This document shows, in pieces, positions 9,611 through 19,223 of a DNA stretch of 64,000 nt. The translations under genes and the position numbers were made by a program. Source of the DNA: Chloroflexota bacterium (GTDB lineage: Bacteria; Chloroflexota; Anaerolineae; J102). The stretch is taken from NCBI GenBank assembly GCA_041918515.1, contig JAYRVO010000089.1, forward strand, positions 67,921-131,920. Reading direction: 5' to 3'. Position 1 is the stretch's first letter. Each line of letters starts with the position of its first letter. Under the pieces are notes generated by a model. It was given only the letters and a program-made list of their open reading frames with translations. It ran no database searches and had not been told where the DNA came from.

Positions 9611-12600
9611 ATGCGCGCACATCGTCCCTTCCAACTGGCGGCCGGCTTGATTGTGCTGGCCGTCGTGTTGATGCTCACCTTGAGCATCAGCGCTCTCTCA
9701 ACATCGCCTCAGGTTGGCGCCATCCAACCACAGCCCACCATCTCATCTGGCCTCAACCTGCTCTGGCTGCCCAGCGCCGGCGTCATCATCGACAAGAAGC
9801 CCCAATCTGACCTGGGCGACGCGCCCGACAGCAGCAACAACTTCGGCGCGGTGATGGCGGCCTATCCCAAAGGTGGCCCCCCTGGCGTCGTCGCCCGCTA
9901 CCCCACCGTCTACCAAACCGGCTCGCCGCCCTACGGCCCCTGGCACCAGAACACCATCTACCGCTACTATCTGGGGCCAACCATCACCGTCGAACGCGAG
10001 GCCGATAGCGGCTACGAGGCCGACCCCAACCACAACATCGTCCCCCAAGCGGATCGGCCCGATCTCGATGGCGGCGACGACGGTATCAACCCCAACCCCA
10101 TCCTGCCGCACTGCGTCCAGACCAAGCTCAACTTCACCATCACCGTGCCTCCGGGCGCCCCGGCCAACCAACAAGCCTACGCCAACCTCTGGTTCGACTG
10201 GAATCGCAACGGCATGTGGGGCGACACCGCGGATTGCCCCGGCGCGCTCGCTCCTGAATGGGCTGTGGTCAATCAAAGCATCTCGCTCTCTGGCCCCGGC
10301 ACCCACACCTTCCAGACGCCCGCCTTCCTGCCCTACCGGCCCCAGGGCAACGTCTGCCTGTGGTGGCGCCTCACCCTTAGCGACTCGCAGGCGACGCCCA
10401 ACAATGTCGATGGCAGCGGCCCGCCCAACGGCTACCGTTGGGGTGAAACTGAAGACTACTACACCTGCTTCGAGCAACAGGAAAACCCTCAGCCCGACTT
10501 AGGCGATGCCCCTGATAGCTCCAACACCTACGGCCTGACGATGACGGCCTATCCTGCTGGCGGCCCACTCGGCGTCCCCGCCCGCTACCCCACCGTCTTC
10601 AATGCCGGCTCGCCGCCCCACGGCCCCTTGCACCGCAACAACCCCCGCCTCCTCTACCACCTCGGCCCGGCCCTCACCCGCGAACGCGAGGCCGACACCG
10701 GCCCCGACGCCGACCCCTCCAACAACATCCTCCCGCTGTGGGACAGCCCCGACCGCGACCGCGCCGATGACGGCGTCACCCTGAACCTGCCGCTGCTCCA
10801 TTGCCAGCCCACCGTCGCCACCTTCAACGTCACCGTGCCACTGGGTGCGCCGGCCAACCAACAAGCCTACGTCAACCTCTGGTTCGATTGGGACCGCAGC
10901 GGCCACTGGGGAGGCATCAAAGATTGCGGCCCCATCGCCGGCGCCAACGAATGGGCGGTGCAGAACCAACCCGTCCTCCTCCCTGGCCCCGGCAACCACA
11001 CCTTCACCACCCCCGTCTTCCTGCCCTGGAACCCCGGCGCCAGCGACCTCCGTTGCTTGTGGTGGCGCATCACCCTCTCCGACACCCAGGCCACCAACGA
11101 CGATGGCCGCGGCCCCGCTAATGCCTACAACCTGGGCGAAACCGAAGACTACTACACCTGCTTCCCCACTGAGCCAACACCCACGGCCACTCCTACGAAA
11201 GAAGCGCCGCCCACCGAAACCCCCACCGCCACACCACGGCCCACCGAAACCCCCACTCCCACCAAAGAAGAACCGCCTACCGAAACCCCCACCGCCACAC
11301 CCTTCCTCGAAGCCGTTCCCGACCTGGGCGACGCCCCCGACAGCACCAACAGCTTCGTCGGTACGGCCATGACAGCCTATCCCGCGGGCGGCCCCGCCGG
11401 CGTCGGCGCCAAATTCCCCACCGTCTACACCATCGGCTCGCCGCCCCACGGCCCCCTACACCACAACGTCCCCCTCCGCTTCTTCTTCGGCCCCGCCATC
11501 ACCCGCGAGCGCGAAGCCGACATCGGCCCGGACGCTGATCCCACCAACAACCTCAAGCCCCCCAACGATCAACCCGACCTCGATCTGGCCGACGACGGCG
11601 CCAACCCCAACCCGCCCCTGCCTCACTGCGTCCTCACCCAGATCCCCTACCAGGTCACTGTCCCCGCCGGTGCGCCTCTCAACCAACAAGTCTACGTCAA
11701 CTTCTGGTTCGACTACAACCGCAGCGGCGATTGGGGCCAAATCTTCCAGTGCCCCGGCATGCCTCTCGTCGCCAACGAATGGTCGGTTCAGAACCAGGCC
11801 CTCGTCCTCCCCGGCCCCGGCGTCTGGAACTTCACCACGCCCGCCTTCCTGCCCTACAACCCCGCCGCCGGCGACTTCCCCTGCCTGTGGTGGCGCATGA
11901 CCATCAGCGACGCCCCCGCCCTCTCCACCTCGATCGATGGCAGCGGTCCCGTTGGCGGCTACAAGTACGGCGAAACCGAAGACTACTACGCGTGTGAGCA
12001 GACCCACCCCACCGAGACGCCGACCCCGACCAAAGAAGCCCCGCCCACCGAGACGCCGACGCCGACCCGGGTCATACCCACCGATACACCTACCCCCACC
12101 AGAACACCGACCCACACGCCAACAGCCACCACCACCCCCACGCCGACGCCGCGAGCCACCTTCACTCCCACCCCCACGCCCACCAAGAAGCCTACACTGC
12201 CATCCATCGTCGTGATCAAGCTCTCGTATGATGGCGGAACCTGGGACCCGTTGCCCAACTGGCCGATGAAACTTTATGCGGGTGCAGGCTGCCAGGGCGA
12301 GCCGCTGGCCCAGATGATGACCGACGCCACCGGCATGTTGGATTTCACCGACCTGACCCCTGGCCCCTACTCGGTCATGGAAGACCAGATGCCCGGTTAT
12401 GACCCCATGACCCCAGTCTGCCAGTCTGTCGTCCTCACCGATACCGGCGTTCCTGGCTCTGGTTTGGCTGCGCAGGACTACCCACCGGCCGGCGAAGACA
12501 TGTTCCCCTCTGGCGCCGGCATGTTGGTCCAGATCGGTGCGCAAGACCCGATGTTCCTCACACTCAACGGCCCATCGCGGGTCATGCGCGGCGATCCTCA

Positions 12601-13528
12601 TGACAGCGATGGCGACGGGCGCATGGAAATCGAGACCGAGTTGCTGGAGATGAACCTCACCGGGATGATGGCCGCGGGTGAGATACACCTGCGCGAAAGC
12701 CCAACAAAGCAATCGCTGGGCCGTGTCCACCAGCAAATGGCCGGGCAAGACTTCCCCGCCGATAGCTTCTTCGATGTCTTCGTCGATCTGGAGACCCCGC
12801 TGGGGATGTTGCACAACGAACGACCGGTGCAGATGAAGTCTGTCATCCACGCCATCCCGCCGATCATGGATGCCTACCAATCGCAGCCGGGCGACATTCC
12901 GCTCCTGAACGCTCAAAACCAGGTGATTGGGCGTATCCGCTATGTCATCCATGTGCCGCTGCCGCCGAAGGAGATCATCATCATCTTCGTCAACCACCCG
13001 CAGCCCACAAAGACGCTCACCCCCACCCCCAGCCCTACGCCCACGCCCACGGCCACACCCACCCGCATCCCGGTTCTCACCGGTGTCAGCTCCACCTTCT
13101 TCACCGATCCAGCCACCGGTGTCACCAACGTCACCATCCACATCCAAAGAGACGATCTGGATAGCAAGGTCTTCGACTGGGAGATCTACTTCGCGGCCCA
13201 ACAACCGCCGTGGCAGAGCGCCCAGTGGCTGACACCCCCACCCGGCTGGACCGCCGAACCCATCTTCGAAAACGGCGTCGTCGTGGGTGTGCGCTGGGTC
13301 ACCGTCGAGACCCCTCTCCGCACCTGCCATCCCATCACCTTCGGCGTGATCCCTGTACCGCCCACGGCGCTGGGTAACTTCATCACCATCTACCTGACCG
13401 ACCAGAACCACAACATCATCGGCCAGATCAGCAGCCAGCGCGCGCCCACCCCCGCGCGCGGAGTCAGCCCCAGCAACTATATCCGGCGCCTCTACGCGCC
13501 CCAAGTCGCCGCCTGTTCTGCATCCTGA
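9611..13528 (+). CDS. Secreted 1,305-aa multidomain protein: 3 tandem ~230-aa GEVED-like repeats, Pro/Thr linkers, C-terminal Cna-B-like and uncharacterised domains
   Basis: N-terminal TM/signal segment (LAAGLIVLAVVLMLTLSISA). Three repeats begin DLGDAPDSSN... and end GETEDYY(T/A)C; GEVED-domain assignment rests on this motif only. Linkers are TPTPT-type. A prealbumin-like block follows (IVVIKLSYDGGTWDP...PGPYSV). The start is taken at ATG 9611, which has a strong RBS; the ORF is open from 9449. Confidence 0.75.
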   Translation: MRAHRPFQLAAGLIVLAVVLMLTLSISALSTSPQVGAIQPQPTISSGLNLLWLPSAGVIIDKKPQSDLGDAPDSSNNFGAVMAAYPKGGPPGVVARYPTVYQTGSPPYGPWHQNTIYRYYLGPTITVEREADSGYEADPNHNIVPQADRPDLDGGDDGINPNPILPHCVQTKLNFTITVPPGAPANQQAYANLWFDWNRNGMWGDTADCPGALAPEWAVVNQSISLSGPGTHTFQTPAFLPYRPQGNVCLWWRLTLSDSQATPNNVDGSGPPNGYRWGETEDYYTCFEQQENPQPDLGDAPDSSNTYGLTMTAYPAGGPLGVPARYPTVFNAGSPPHGPLHRNNPRLLYHLGPALTREREADTGPDADPSNNILPLWDSPDRDRADDGVTLNLPLLHCQPTVATFNVTVPLGAPANQQAYVNLWFDWDRSGHWGGIKDCGPIAGANEWAVQNQPVLLPGPGNHTFTTPVFLPWNPGASDLRCLWWRITLSDTQATNDDGRGPANAYNLGETEDYYTCFPTEPTPTATPTKEAPPTETPTATPRPTETPTPTKEEPPTETPTATPFLEAVPDLGDAPDSTNSFVGTAMTAYPAGGPAGVGAKFPTVYTIGSPPHGPLHHNVPLRFFFGPAITREREADIGPDADPTNNLKPPNDQPDLDLADDGANPNPPLPHCVLTQIPYQVTVPAGAPLNQQVYVNFWFDYNRSGDWGQIFQCPGMPLVANEWSVQNQALVLPGPGVWNFTTPAFLPYNPAAGDFPCLWWRMTISDAPALSTSIDGSGPVGGYKYGETEDYYACEQTHPTETPTPTKEAPPTETPTPTRVIPTDTPTPTRTPTHTPTATTTPTPTPRATFTPTPTPTKKPTLPSIVVIKLSYDGGTWDPLPNWPMKLYAGAGCQGEPLAQMMTDATGMLDFTDLTPGPYSVMEDQMPGYDPMTPVCQSVVLTDTGVPGSGLAAQDYPPAGEDMFPSGAGMLVQIGAQDPMFLTLNGPSRVMRGDPHDSDGDGRMEIETELLEMNLTGMMAAGEIHLRESPTKQSLGRVHQQMAGQDFPADSFFDVFVDLETPLGMLHNERPVQMKSVIHAIPPIMDAYQSQPGDIPLLNAQNQVIGRIRYVIHVPLPPKEIIIIFVNHPQPTKTLTPTPSPTPTPTATPTRIPVLTGVSSTFFTDPATGVTNVTIHIQRDDLDSKVFDWEIYFAAQQPPWQSAQWLTPPPGWTAEPIFENGVVVGVRWVTVETPLRTCHPITFGVIPVPPTALGNFITIYLTDQNHNIIGQISSQRAPTPARGVSPSNYIRRLYAPQVAACSAS

Positions 13529-13550
13529 AGCCAGGCATCACTCCACCGCC

Positions 13551-13588
13551 CGGCCTCGGAGGTCACGAAGACCTCCGAGGCCTTTTTT
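13551..13588 (+). terminator. Rho-independent terminator
   Basis: ggcctcggaggtc-acgaa-gacctccgaggcc followed by tttttt. Confidence 0.8.
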
Positions 13589-13708
13589 CACCCCGGCGGA
13601 CAACCATCCTCGATAGCTATAACCATGTTGTAATGGTTGCTTAAGGTAAAATTCAGCAATAGGCGCTATTCTATTGAAAAAACACTTTCACACACACCTC
13701 GCGAACGG

Positions 13709-14680
13709 ATGCAGATGATCACAATTCCACACATCCCCTCTTCTGAGATCACCCCCCCAGAACTTTTCTACTCCCGCCGCCAGTTTCTGAGGACGGCCGG
13801 ATTGGCCGCCGGCGCCCTCGCCCTGGCTGCCTGCGCCCCGCGCGCCACACCCACTCCCTCGCCCGCCGCGCCCCGCGTCGGCGATGCCGCGGGCGCGGCG
13901 TCAACCGCGGCCAAAATGGACGAATTGGGCAACCCTGCCAACGACTTCGAGGCGATCACCAATTACAACAATTACTACGAATTCTCGACCGACAAGCAGG
14001 ACGTGGCGCAACAGGCGAAGAACTTCGTCACCTCGCCCTGGCAGGTGGAAGTGGGCGGGCTGGTGAACAAGCCCGGCGTCTTCGACATCGACGCTCTGCG
14101 CAAGTTCGACCAGGAAGAGCGGATTTACCGGCTGCGTTGTGTCGAAGCCTGGTCGATGGTCATCCCCTGGCTGGGTTTCCCGCTGCGCAAGCTGCTGGAG
14201 AAGGTGGAGCCGACCTCGAAAGCAAAATACGTCCGCTTCGAGACGCTCTACGACCCCAAACAGATGCCCGGCCAGAACAGCGACTGGTACCAGTGGCCGT
14301 ATGTCGAGGGTCTGCGCCTGGACGAGGCCATGCACGATCTGGCTATCCTGGCGACAGGGTTGTATGGCGAGAACCTGCTGCCGCAGAACGGCGCCCCCGT
14401 CCGACTGGCCGTGCCCTGGAAGTACGGCTTCAAGAGCATCAAGTCCATCGTTAAGATCGATTTGGTCGAAGAACGCCCTACCTCGTTGTGGATGGCCGCG
14501 GCCCCGCGAGAATATGGCTTCTATGCCAACGTCAACCCTGAGGTCGATCACCCGCGCTGGTCGCAGCGCAGCGAGCGCCGCATCGGCGAACTGGGCCGCC
14601 GCGAAACCCTGCCCTTCAACGGCTACGGCGAGCAAGTCGCACATCTGTACGCAGGAATGAGCTTGCAGGCGAATTATTGA
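13709..14680 (+). CDS. msrP: Protein-methionine-sulfoxide reductase catalytic subunit MsrP (YedY, Mo-MPT oxidoreductase)
   Basis: Tat signal [19 protein letters not shown]. Conserved YedY blocks are present ([10 protein letters not shown]...[11 protein letters not shown]...[20 protein letters not shown]). The AT-rich promoter-like sequence at 13640-13705 argues for the internal start. Confidence 0.85.
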   Translation: MQMITIPHIPSSEITPPELFYSRRQFLRTAGLAAGALALAACAPRATPTPSPAAPRVGDAAGAASTAAKMDELGNPANDFEAITNYNNYYEFSTDKQDVAQQAKNFVTSPWQVEVGGLVNKPGVFDIDALRKFDQEERIYRLRCVEAWSMVIPWLGFPLRKLLEKVEPTSKAKYVRFETLYDPKQMPGQNSDWYQWPYVEGLRLDEAMHDLAILATGLYGENLLPQNGAPVRLAVPWKYGFKSIKSIVKIDLVEERPTSLWMAAAPREYGFYANVNPEVDHPRWSQRSERRIGELGRRETLPFNGYGEQVAHLYAGMSLQANY

Positions 14681-14687
14681 TTCGTAG

Positions 14688-14738
14688 AGATTGGAGATTG
14701 GCGCGCAATCTCCAATCTCCAATCTCCAATAACCAATC
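14688..14738. repeat. Hairpin plus heptamer tract (AGATTGG x2 / TCTCCAA x3) after msrP stop
   Basis: attggagattggcgcgcaatctccaat is a near-perfect palindrome, followed by ctccaatctccaataaccaatcc. This is the same ATTGG/CCAAT heptamer theme as at 6135 and 6547. Confidence 0.7.
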
Positions 14739-14745
14739 CCCACCC

Positions 14746-15462
14746 ATGCCCCGTCTCCACTTCACCAAATTCCAGCTTTTCGTCCATTTTGCCGCCCTGG
14801 CCCCATTGGCGCTGCTCATCTGGGATGTGACGCGCGGCAATTTGTCCGTCAACCCCATCCAAGACATCACCTTCCGCACGGGCAAGGCGGCCATCGTCCT
14901 GCTCATCGCCGGTCTGGCCTGCACCCCCGCCAATACCGTCTTCGGCTTCCGCCAGGCGATCAAAGTTCGGCGGCCGTTGGGCGTGTATGCCTTCGGCTAC
15001 GCGCTCATCCATTTCTTTATCTACATCGGCCTTGATTACGGCTTCAACTTTCGGCTGCTCTGGCAAGAACTGACCGAGAAGCGTTACGTGCTGGTCGGGT
15101 TCAGCGCCTTCCTCATCCTTCTGCCCCTGGCCCTCACCTCGACCAAAGGCTGGCAGAAACGCCTGCGCCGGCGCTGGGCCACCCTGCACAAATGGGTCTA
15201 CCTGGCCGGGGTGCTGGCGGTGTTCCACTACATTTGGGTGCAGAAGGCCGACATTCGCCAGCCGGTGCTGTGGGGGGTGCTGCTGGCGCTGCTGCTGGCG
15301 CTGCGCATCCCCGCAGTGCGCACGAGGGCGGCGCAACTGCGCGGGCGGATGCGAGGCGCCTGGCTGAGCCGGCACAGCTCCCGCTCTGAGACTCCCCTGG
15401 CTGGCGACTCAGGCCAGACGCCGAGTGATCAACGGATCTCGACCTCGCCCAACACAATCTGA
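14746..15462 (+). CDS. msrQ: Heme-binding membrane subunit MsrQ (YedZ)
   Basis: MPRLHFTKFQLFVHFAALAPL...NPIQDITFRTGKAAIVLL...YALIHFFIY carries the YedZ/ferric-reductase-like 6-TM signature with conserved His residues. It lies directly downstream of msrP. Confidence 0.85.
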   Translation: MPRLHFTKFQLFVHFAALAPLALLIWDVTRGNLSVNPIQDITFRTGKAAIVLLIAGLACTPANTVFGFRQAIKVRRPLGVYAFGYALIHFFIYIGLDYGFNFRLLWQELTEKRYVLVGFSAFLILLPLALTSTKGWQKRLRRRWATLHKWVYLAGVLAVFHYIWVQKADIRQPVLWGVLLALLLALRIPAVRTRAAQLRGRMRGAWLSRHSSRSETPLAGDSGQTPSDQRISTSPNTI

Positions 15463-17741
15463 TCGTCGGGCTGGGCTGCGCCCGCCGCATCGCGCACCAG
15501 CAGCCGCGCTCCGGTCACGGGGTCGTAGAAGCCGATCTTGAGAGGGTAGCGGCCAGGGGGCAGATCAGGCGGCAGGGGGATGGTGTAGGCGTCGCTTATG
15601 ACTTCGCCCGGTTGCCAGGTGGTGGTCGGGCGTTCGCCGTGGACGGGGTAGTCATCGCCCTGGGCGGCGGGGCGGCCGTCGGGGCCGACGAGGTGGCTGA
15701 AGACTTTGTAGGAGGTGGGGATCTGGCCCAGCACCTGCCAGTAGAGCGTGAGCGCGAGCGGCTGGCCGCGCGCGGGCTGGCCGAGATCATAGCCCAGGAG
15801 CCGGACGAGGGGAGGCTCGCCAAAGGTGGCCCGCGCGGGGTGCTGGGGCGAGATGGCTTCTGTCGAAGCGGCTTTCGTCGCTCGCCCCAAAAGTTGCACC
15901 CATCCCACCGTCTCGGTTCCTGCGCCCAAGCTGAGCCGCCATGGCTGCCAGCCCGGTTTGGCCGTGAGCGGCGGGACGAGGGTGAGCGGCAGGCGCAACA
16001 GGTCGGGGCCAAAGGCGAGGTCGGCTTCGGCTTGCGCGAGGGGTGGATCGCCCAGGGTGAGGGTGGCGCGATCGGGGCCAGGGTGGGCGATGAAGGCCGC
16101 CACGTGGGCGAACCCGCCCACGCGCAGGCGGCGCAAAGGCTGCTCCCAGCCAACGAGCGCCCCGCCCGGCCCCTGGAGTGTGAGTGGGGGCGGAGGCGGA
16201 GCGAAGCCGGGGGCTAAATCGGCAAGGGTGATGACGCGGGCGGGGGTGCGGGCGAAGGCGATCACGCGCTTGTCGCCCAAGCGCCATTCCTGTCGCCCGG
16301 CGGCGTGCTCACTCAGCCAGGCTTCGTACAGCCGGTCTTTGTCGGCGCGCAGGGCGTCTTCGTTCACCACCAACCAGAGGGCGTCGCTCTGCGGCCAGAG
16401 GGGGCGCAGCCAGGCATCGACGTTGGCGGGGGTGGCCTCTTGGGCGTTGGGCGTGCCAGAGAAAGGTTGGGGATAGTGGTAGGCAAAAACCGGCCAGGGT
16501 TGGTCGGTGTGAAGGAGGACTTTGTCGCCCGGATGGACGTGAGCGATCAGCGTCTGGGCTACCGATTGGTAGTCGTCGGACAGATAGCGGTCGTGATAGT
16601 AGGCGGCCAGGCTCCAAAGCTGAACGGCAACCAGGGCGCAGAAGAGGGCGGGGACCAGCCAGGGGGCGCGTTTCCCGAACAACTGGCCGAATCCGGCCAG
16701 CGACCAGGCCGCCAGCAGGTAGAAGGCAGGGGCATAGGGCAGCAGGTAGCGCGCCTCGGGCTTGGGGGCGTAGCCAATTCCGCGCGGCATGGCCGTCAGC
16801 AGCCAGACAACGAGCGGCGGGATGAGTACGGCCAGCACGAGCAACACGATGCCGGCAGGGGCGGCTGTCCGGCGGCGGTTCCAGAAGAGCGCCAGCAGGC
16901 CCAGGATCAGCGCGGCGACGATGATGATGACCGGCCAGCGCCAGGCGTCGATGTCGGTGGAGGCGCCGACCGCCAGCAGGGTGGCGTAGAGCCGGGCGAA
17001 AAGGCCGACGTCGAAGGTGGTCTGCACCGACCACGAGCGCATCCGGGGCAGGGCGTACAGCAACCAAGGGACGAAAAGCGATAGGGCGGCGATTTGCAGG
17101 ACGGCCCATCGGGTCAGCGAGCGCCGGCGCATGCGGGTGGATGGCAGAGATCGCAGGCGCCAGAGCCAGTACAGCCCTTCGACGACGAGGAGGAAAGCCA
17201 GGAGATAGAGTGTCCAGAGGGCGGCGGCGGTGACGAGCAGCCAGGCAATGGCCCGACGGATGGTGAAGCGCCGCTGCAAGAGGAGGGCGAGCAGGAGGCT
17301 GAGCGTGCAGAGCAGCCCGGCGAGCGCGTACATGCGCGTTTCTTGCGACCACCAGACGCCGAAACGGGAAAGCGCCAGGAACAGCGCGCCGCCAAGCGCA
17401 GCAACCTGCGCCACCCGCGGTCGGTTGGGCGCCACCGCCAGCCCCAAGCGCCACAGCGCCGCCACCGTGAGGACGCCAAAGACTGCTGAGAGGAAGCGGA
17501 TGGCAAACTCGGTTTCTCCGACGGCCAGGCACCAGAAGTGCAGTAGGATGAAGTAGAAGGGCGGGTGGACGTCGGACGCGGTCCAGGCCGCCATCTGACC
17601 GAGGGGCATACGCGCCGACCACACGGCCAGGCCCTCATCCCACCAGATGTTGGCGTCTTCGAGTCGAAAGAGGCGCAGGGCGAAGGCCAAGAGGAGGACG
17701 CCCAGCAAAAGCAAGCGAGGGCGGCGGATCAGGTGGGCCAT
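15429..17741 (-). CDS. GT-C family membrane glycosyltransferase (PMT/ArnT-like, GT39/GT83-type) with C-terminal soluble domain
   Basis: From MAHLIRRPRLLLLGVLLLAFALRLF onward there are ~11 TM helices with a first-loop DE motif (NIWWDEGLAVWS), typical of PMT_2/ArnT. A ~300-aa C-terminal periplasmic domain follows. The listed 1,038-aa ORF (to 18545) carries an implausible low-complexity N-terminal extension that overlaps the upstream gene in another frame. Confidence 0.7.
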   Translation of the reverse strand: MAHLIRRPRLLLLGVLLLAFALRLFRLEDANIWWDEGLAVWSARMPLGQMAAWTASDVHPPFYFILLHFWCLAVGETEFAIRFLSAVFGVLTVAALWRLGLAVAPNRPRVAQVAALGGALFLALSRFGVWWSQETRMYALAGLLCTLSLLLALLLQRRFTIRRAIAWLLVTAAALWTLYLLAFLLVVEGLYWLWRLRSLPSTRMRRRSLTRWAVLQIAALSLFVPWLLYALPRMRSWSVQTTFDVGLFARLYATLLAVGASTDIDAWRWPVIIIVAALILGLLALFWNRRRTAAPAGIVLLVLAVLIPPLVVWLLTAMPRGIGYAPKPEARYLLPYAPAFYLLAAWSLAGFGQLFGKRAPWLVPALFCALVAVQLWSLAAYYHDRYLSDDYQSVAQTLIAHVHPGDKVLLHTDQPWPVFAYHYPQPFSGTPNAQEATPANVDAWLRPLWPQSDALWLVVNEDALRADKDRLYEAWLSEHAAGRQEWRLGDKRVIAFARTPARVITLADLAPGFAPPPPPLTLQGPGGALVGWEQPLRRLRVGGFAHVAAFIAHPGPDRATLTLGDPPLAQAEADLAFGPDLLRLPLTLVPPLTAKPGWQPWRLSLGAGTETVGWVQLLGRATKAASTEAISPQHPARATFGEPPLVRLLGYDLGQPARGQPLALTLYWQVLGQIPTSYKVFSHLVGPDGRPAAQGDDYPVHGERPTTTWQPGEVISDAYTIPLPPDLPPGRYPLKIGFYDPVTGARLLVRDAAGAAQPDDQIVLGEVEIR

Positions 17742-19183
17742 TCCCAGGGACGGGTGTTGCTGAAAACCCAGACGGCGGTGTGGAAGCCCTGCACCGGCAG
17801 GATGATGAGCAGGGCGCGGGCCAGAGTAATGCCATTCAGGGCGCGGGTGAGCCACCAGGCGGCCAGCAGTGTGGCCGGCCAGGCCGCCACCGAGAACAAA
17901 TCCCAGTCGCGTTGGCCGCCATAGTCCGGGTTCCAGACCCAGGTGAGGAGTACATAGCTGATCGCTGCCACAAGCAGGAACCAGCCGAACGGCTCGCGCG
18001 GCCAGCGGGACCGATACCCAATCGCCAGAATCGCCAACAATGGCAGGGTGAAGGGCATGACCAGGAGTTGCTGGTTGATGAAATCGAGCAGATGGCCGCG
18101 GGAGAACATCGTGTAATACTCCCACTGGCTGCTGACCCCTGCCAGCGGCACCAGCCAGCGATGGTCGCCGCCGCCGGGCGCCTCGGCGCCGAGGAAGGAG
18201 GCGAGACCGTGCCCGCCCGTCGACATGAGAGCGAAGACGCCCAATCCCACCACCAGCGGCGGGGCGATGAGGGTGGTCAGCGTGCGCAGACCGAAGCTCC
18301 GGCGGCCAACGACGGCAAGGGCGAGCACCCACAACGCCGGTTGCAGGATCAGAGTGGCGGGATGGAAGCCGTTGGCCAGGGCGAGGACGATGCTGGGCGC
18401 CCAAAGCGAGGTCCGGCCCCGCGCGAAGCGCCATCCCAACCACAAATAGGCCAGGATGAGCAGGCTGATGAGGGTGTAGTTTTCGGGATAGCCGAAGAAA
18501 AGCTGGATCGAGCCGAGCGTGACCATCAGCCCGAACACGCTCCACCGCTCCACGGTGCTACGCCCGATCTCGTCGGCCAGCCGCAGCATGATCCATATCG
18601 CCGCCGCTCCGGCCAGACTGGAAAGCCACCAATAGGCGGGCATGGCATCGCGCCAGCCCCACCAGCGTTCGCCCAGGCGAAAAAGCAGGGCGTGGACGAA
18701 GGTGTCGAGCGGGGCTTGCCAGTTGTACAGCAGTCGCACATCGGGGTGGGCGATGCCGTTGACCAGCAGATAGGCGTCGCCCCAGCGTGTGTGCACCACC
18801 CGGCCCAGCCAGAAGACCGGGAAGATGAGGAGCGCCAGCAGCATCTGCACCCAGGCGTCGTGCGGAAACCCGACCTTTTTCAGACGCCGAAGACCGCCAT
18901 CCAGCCGGCCCACGCGTCCGAACCCAGTCCAGACGACCAGCCCCGCCGTTATCGCTATCGCCGCCCATCGCAGCCAGCTCGGCAGATAAGTCATGAGATA
19001 GACGCCCCAGAGCCATTCCTGCGGCAGCAGCCGTCCCCCCGGCCCGATCAACCGCTCAGGATACCAGAACCCGGCCCAGGCGACAGGCAGCCGCTCGACC
19101 AGCAGGAAGAGACCGAGCAGAGCCAGGGCGTAGAGAGCCAAGAGGCGCAACAAGCGTCGGTCGAGAGCGGAGAGGACGGGCAT
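17729..19183 (-). CDS. Polytopic integral membrane protein (possible GT-C-like glycosyltransferase/polymerase; function unknown)
   Basis: 484 aa with >=10 hydrophobic helices and Trp-rich loops. It is translationally coupled to the downstream GT-C gene by a 13-bp overlap. Confidence 0.55.
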   Translation of the reverse strand: MPVLSALDRRLLRLLALYALALLGLFLLVERLPVAWAGFWYPERLIGPGGRLLPQEWLWGVYLMTYLPSWLRWAAIAITAGLVVWTGFGRVGRLDGGLRRLKKVGFPHDAWVQMLLALLIFPVFWLGRVVHTRWGDAYLLVNGIAHPDVRLLYNWQAPLDTFVHALLFRLGERWWGWRDAMPAYWWLSSLAGAAAIWIMLRLADEIGRSTVERWSVFGLMVTLGSIQLFFGYPENYTLISLLILAYLWLGWRFARGRTSLWAPSIVLALANGFHPATLILQPALWVLALAVVGRRSFGLRTLTTLIAPPLVVGLGVFALMSTGGHGLASFLGAEAPGGGDHRWLVPLAGVSSQWEYYTMFSRGHLLDFINQQLLVMPFTLPLLAILAIGYRSRWPREPFGWFLLVAAISYVLLTWVWNPDYGGQRDWDLFSVAAWPATLLAAWWLTRALNGITLARALLIILPVQGFHTAVWVFSNTRPWEWPT

Positions 19184-19223
19184 AGACAGTCATTGTAGGA
19201 GATGGCGACCAAGCGTGCAATTC

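Noticed and set aside
11160-12200. Possible CRISPR-like or tandem DNA repeats (acc/ccc-rich periodic sequence)
   Set aside because: The periodicity comes from in-frame TPTPT Pro/Thr linker codons (ACC CCC ACG CCG). There are no spacer-like unique segments, so this is coding.
9743-13504. Antisense ORFs (244, 316, 682 aa) opposite the GEVED-repeat gene
   Set aside because: Same reason: repetitive Gly/Ala/Val-rich translations without domains, opposite a gene with signal peptide and conserved repeats.
15429-18545. 1,038-aa ORF listed for the minus strand
   Set aside because: The first 268 codons are low-complexity Arg/Pro/His-rich translation typical of an out-of-frame GC-rich readthrough, and they overlap the upstream 484-aa membrane gene in another frame. 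The genuine GT-C protein starts at MAHLIRRP (ATG 17741).
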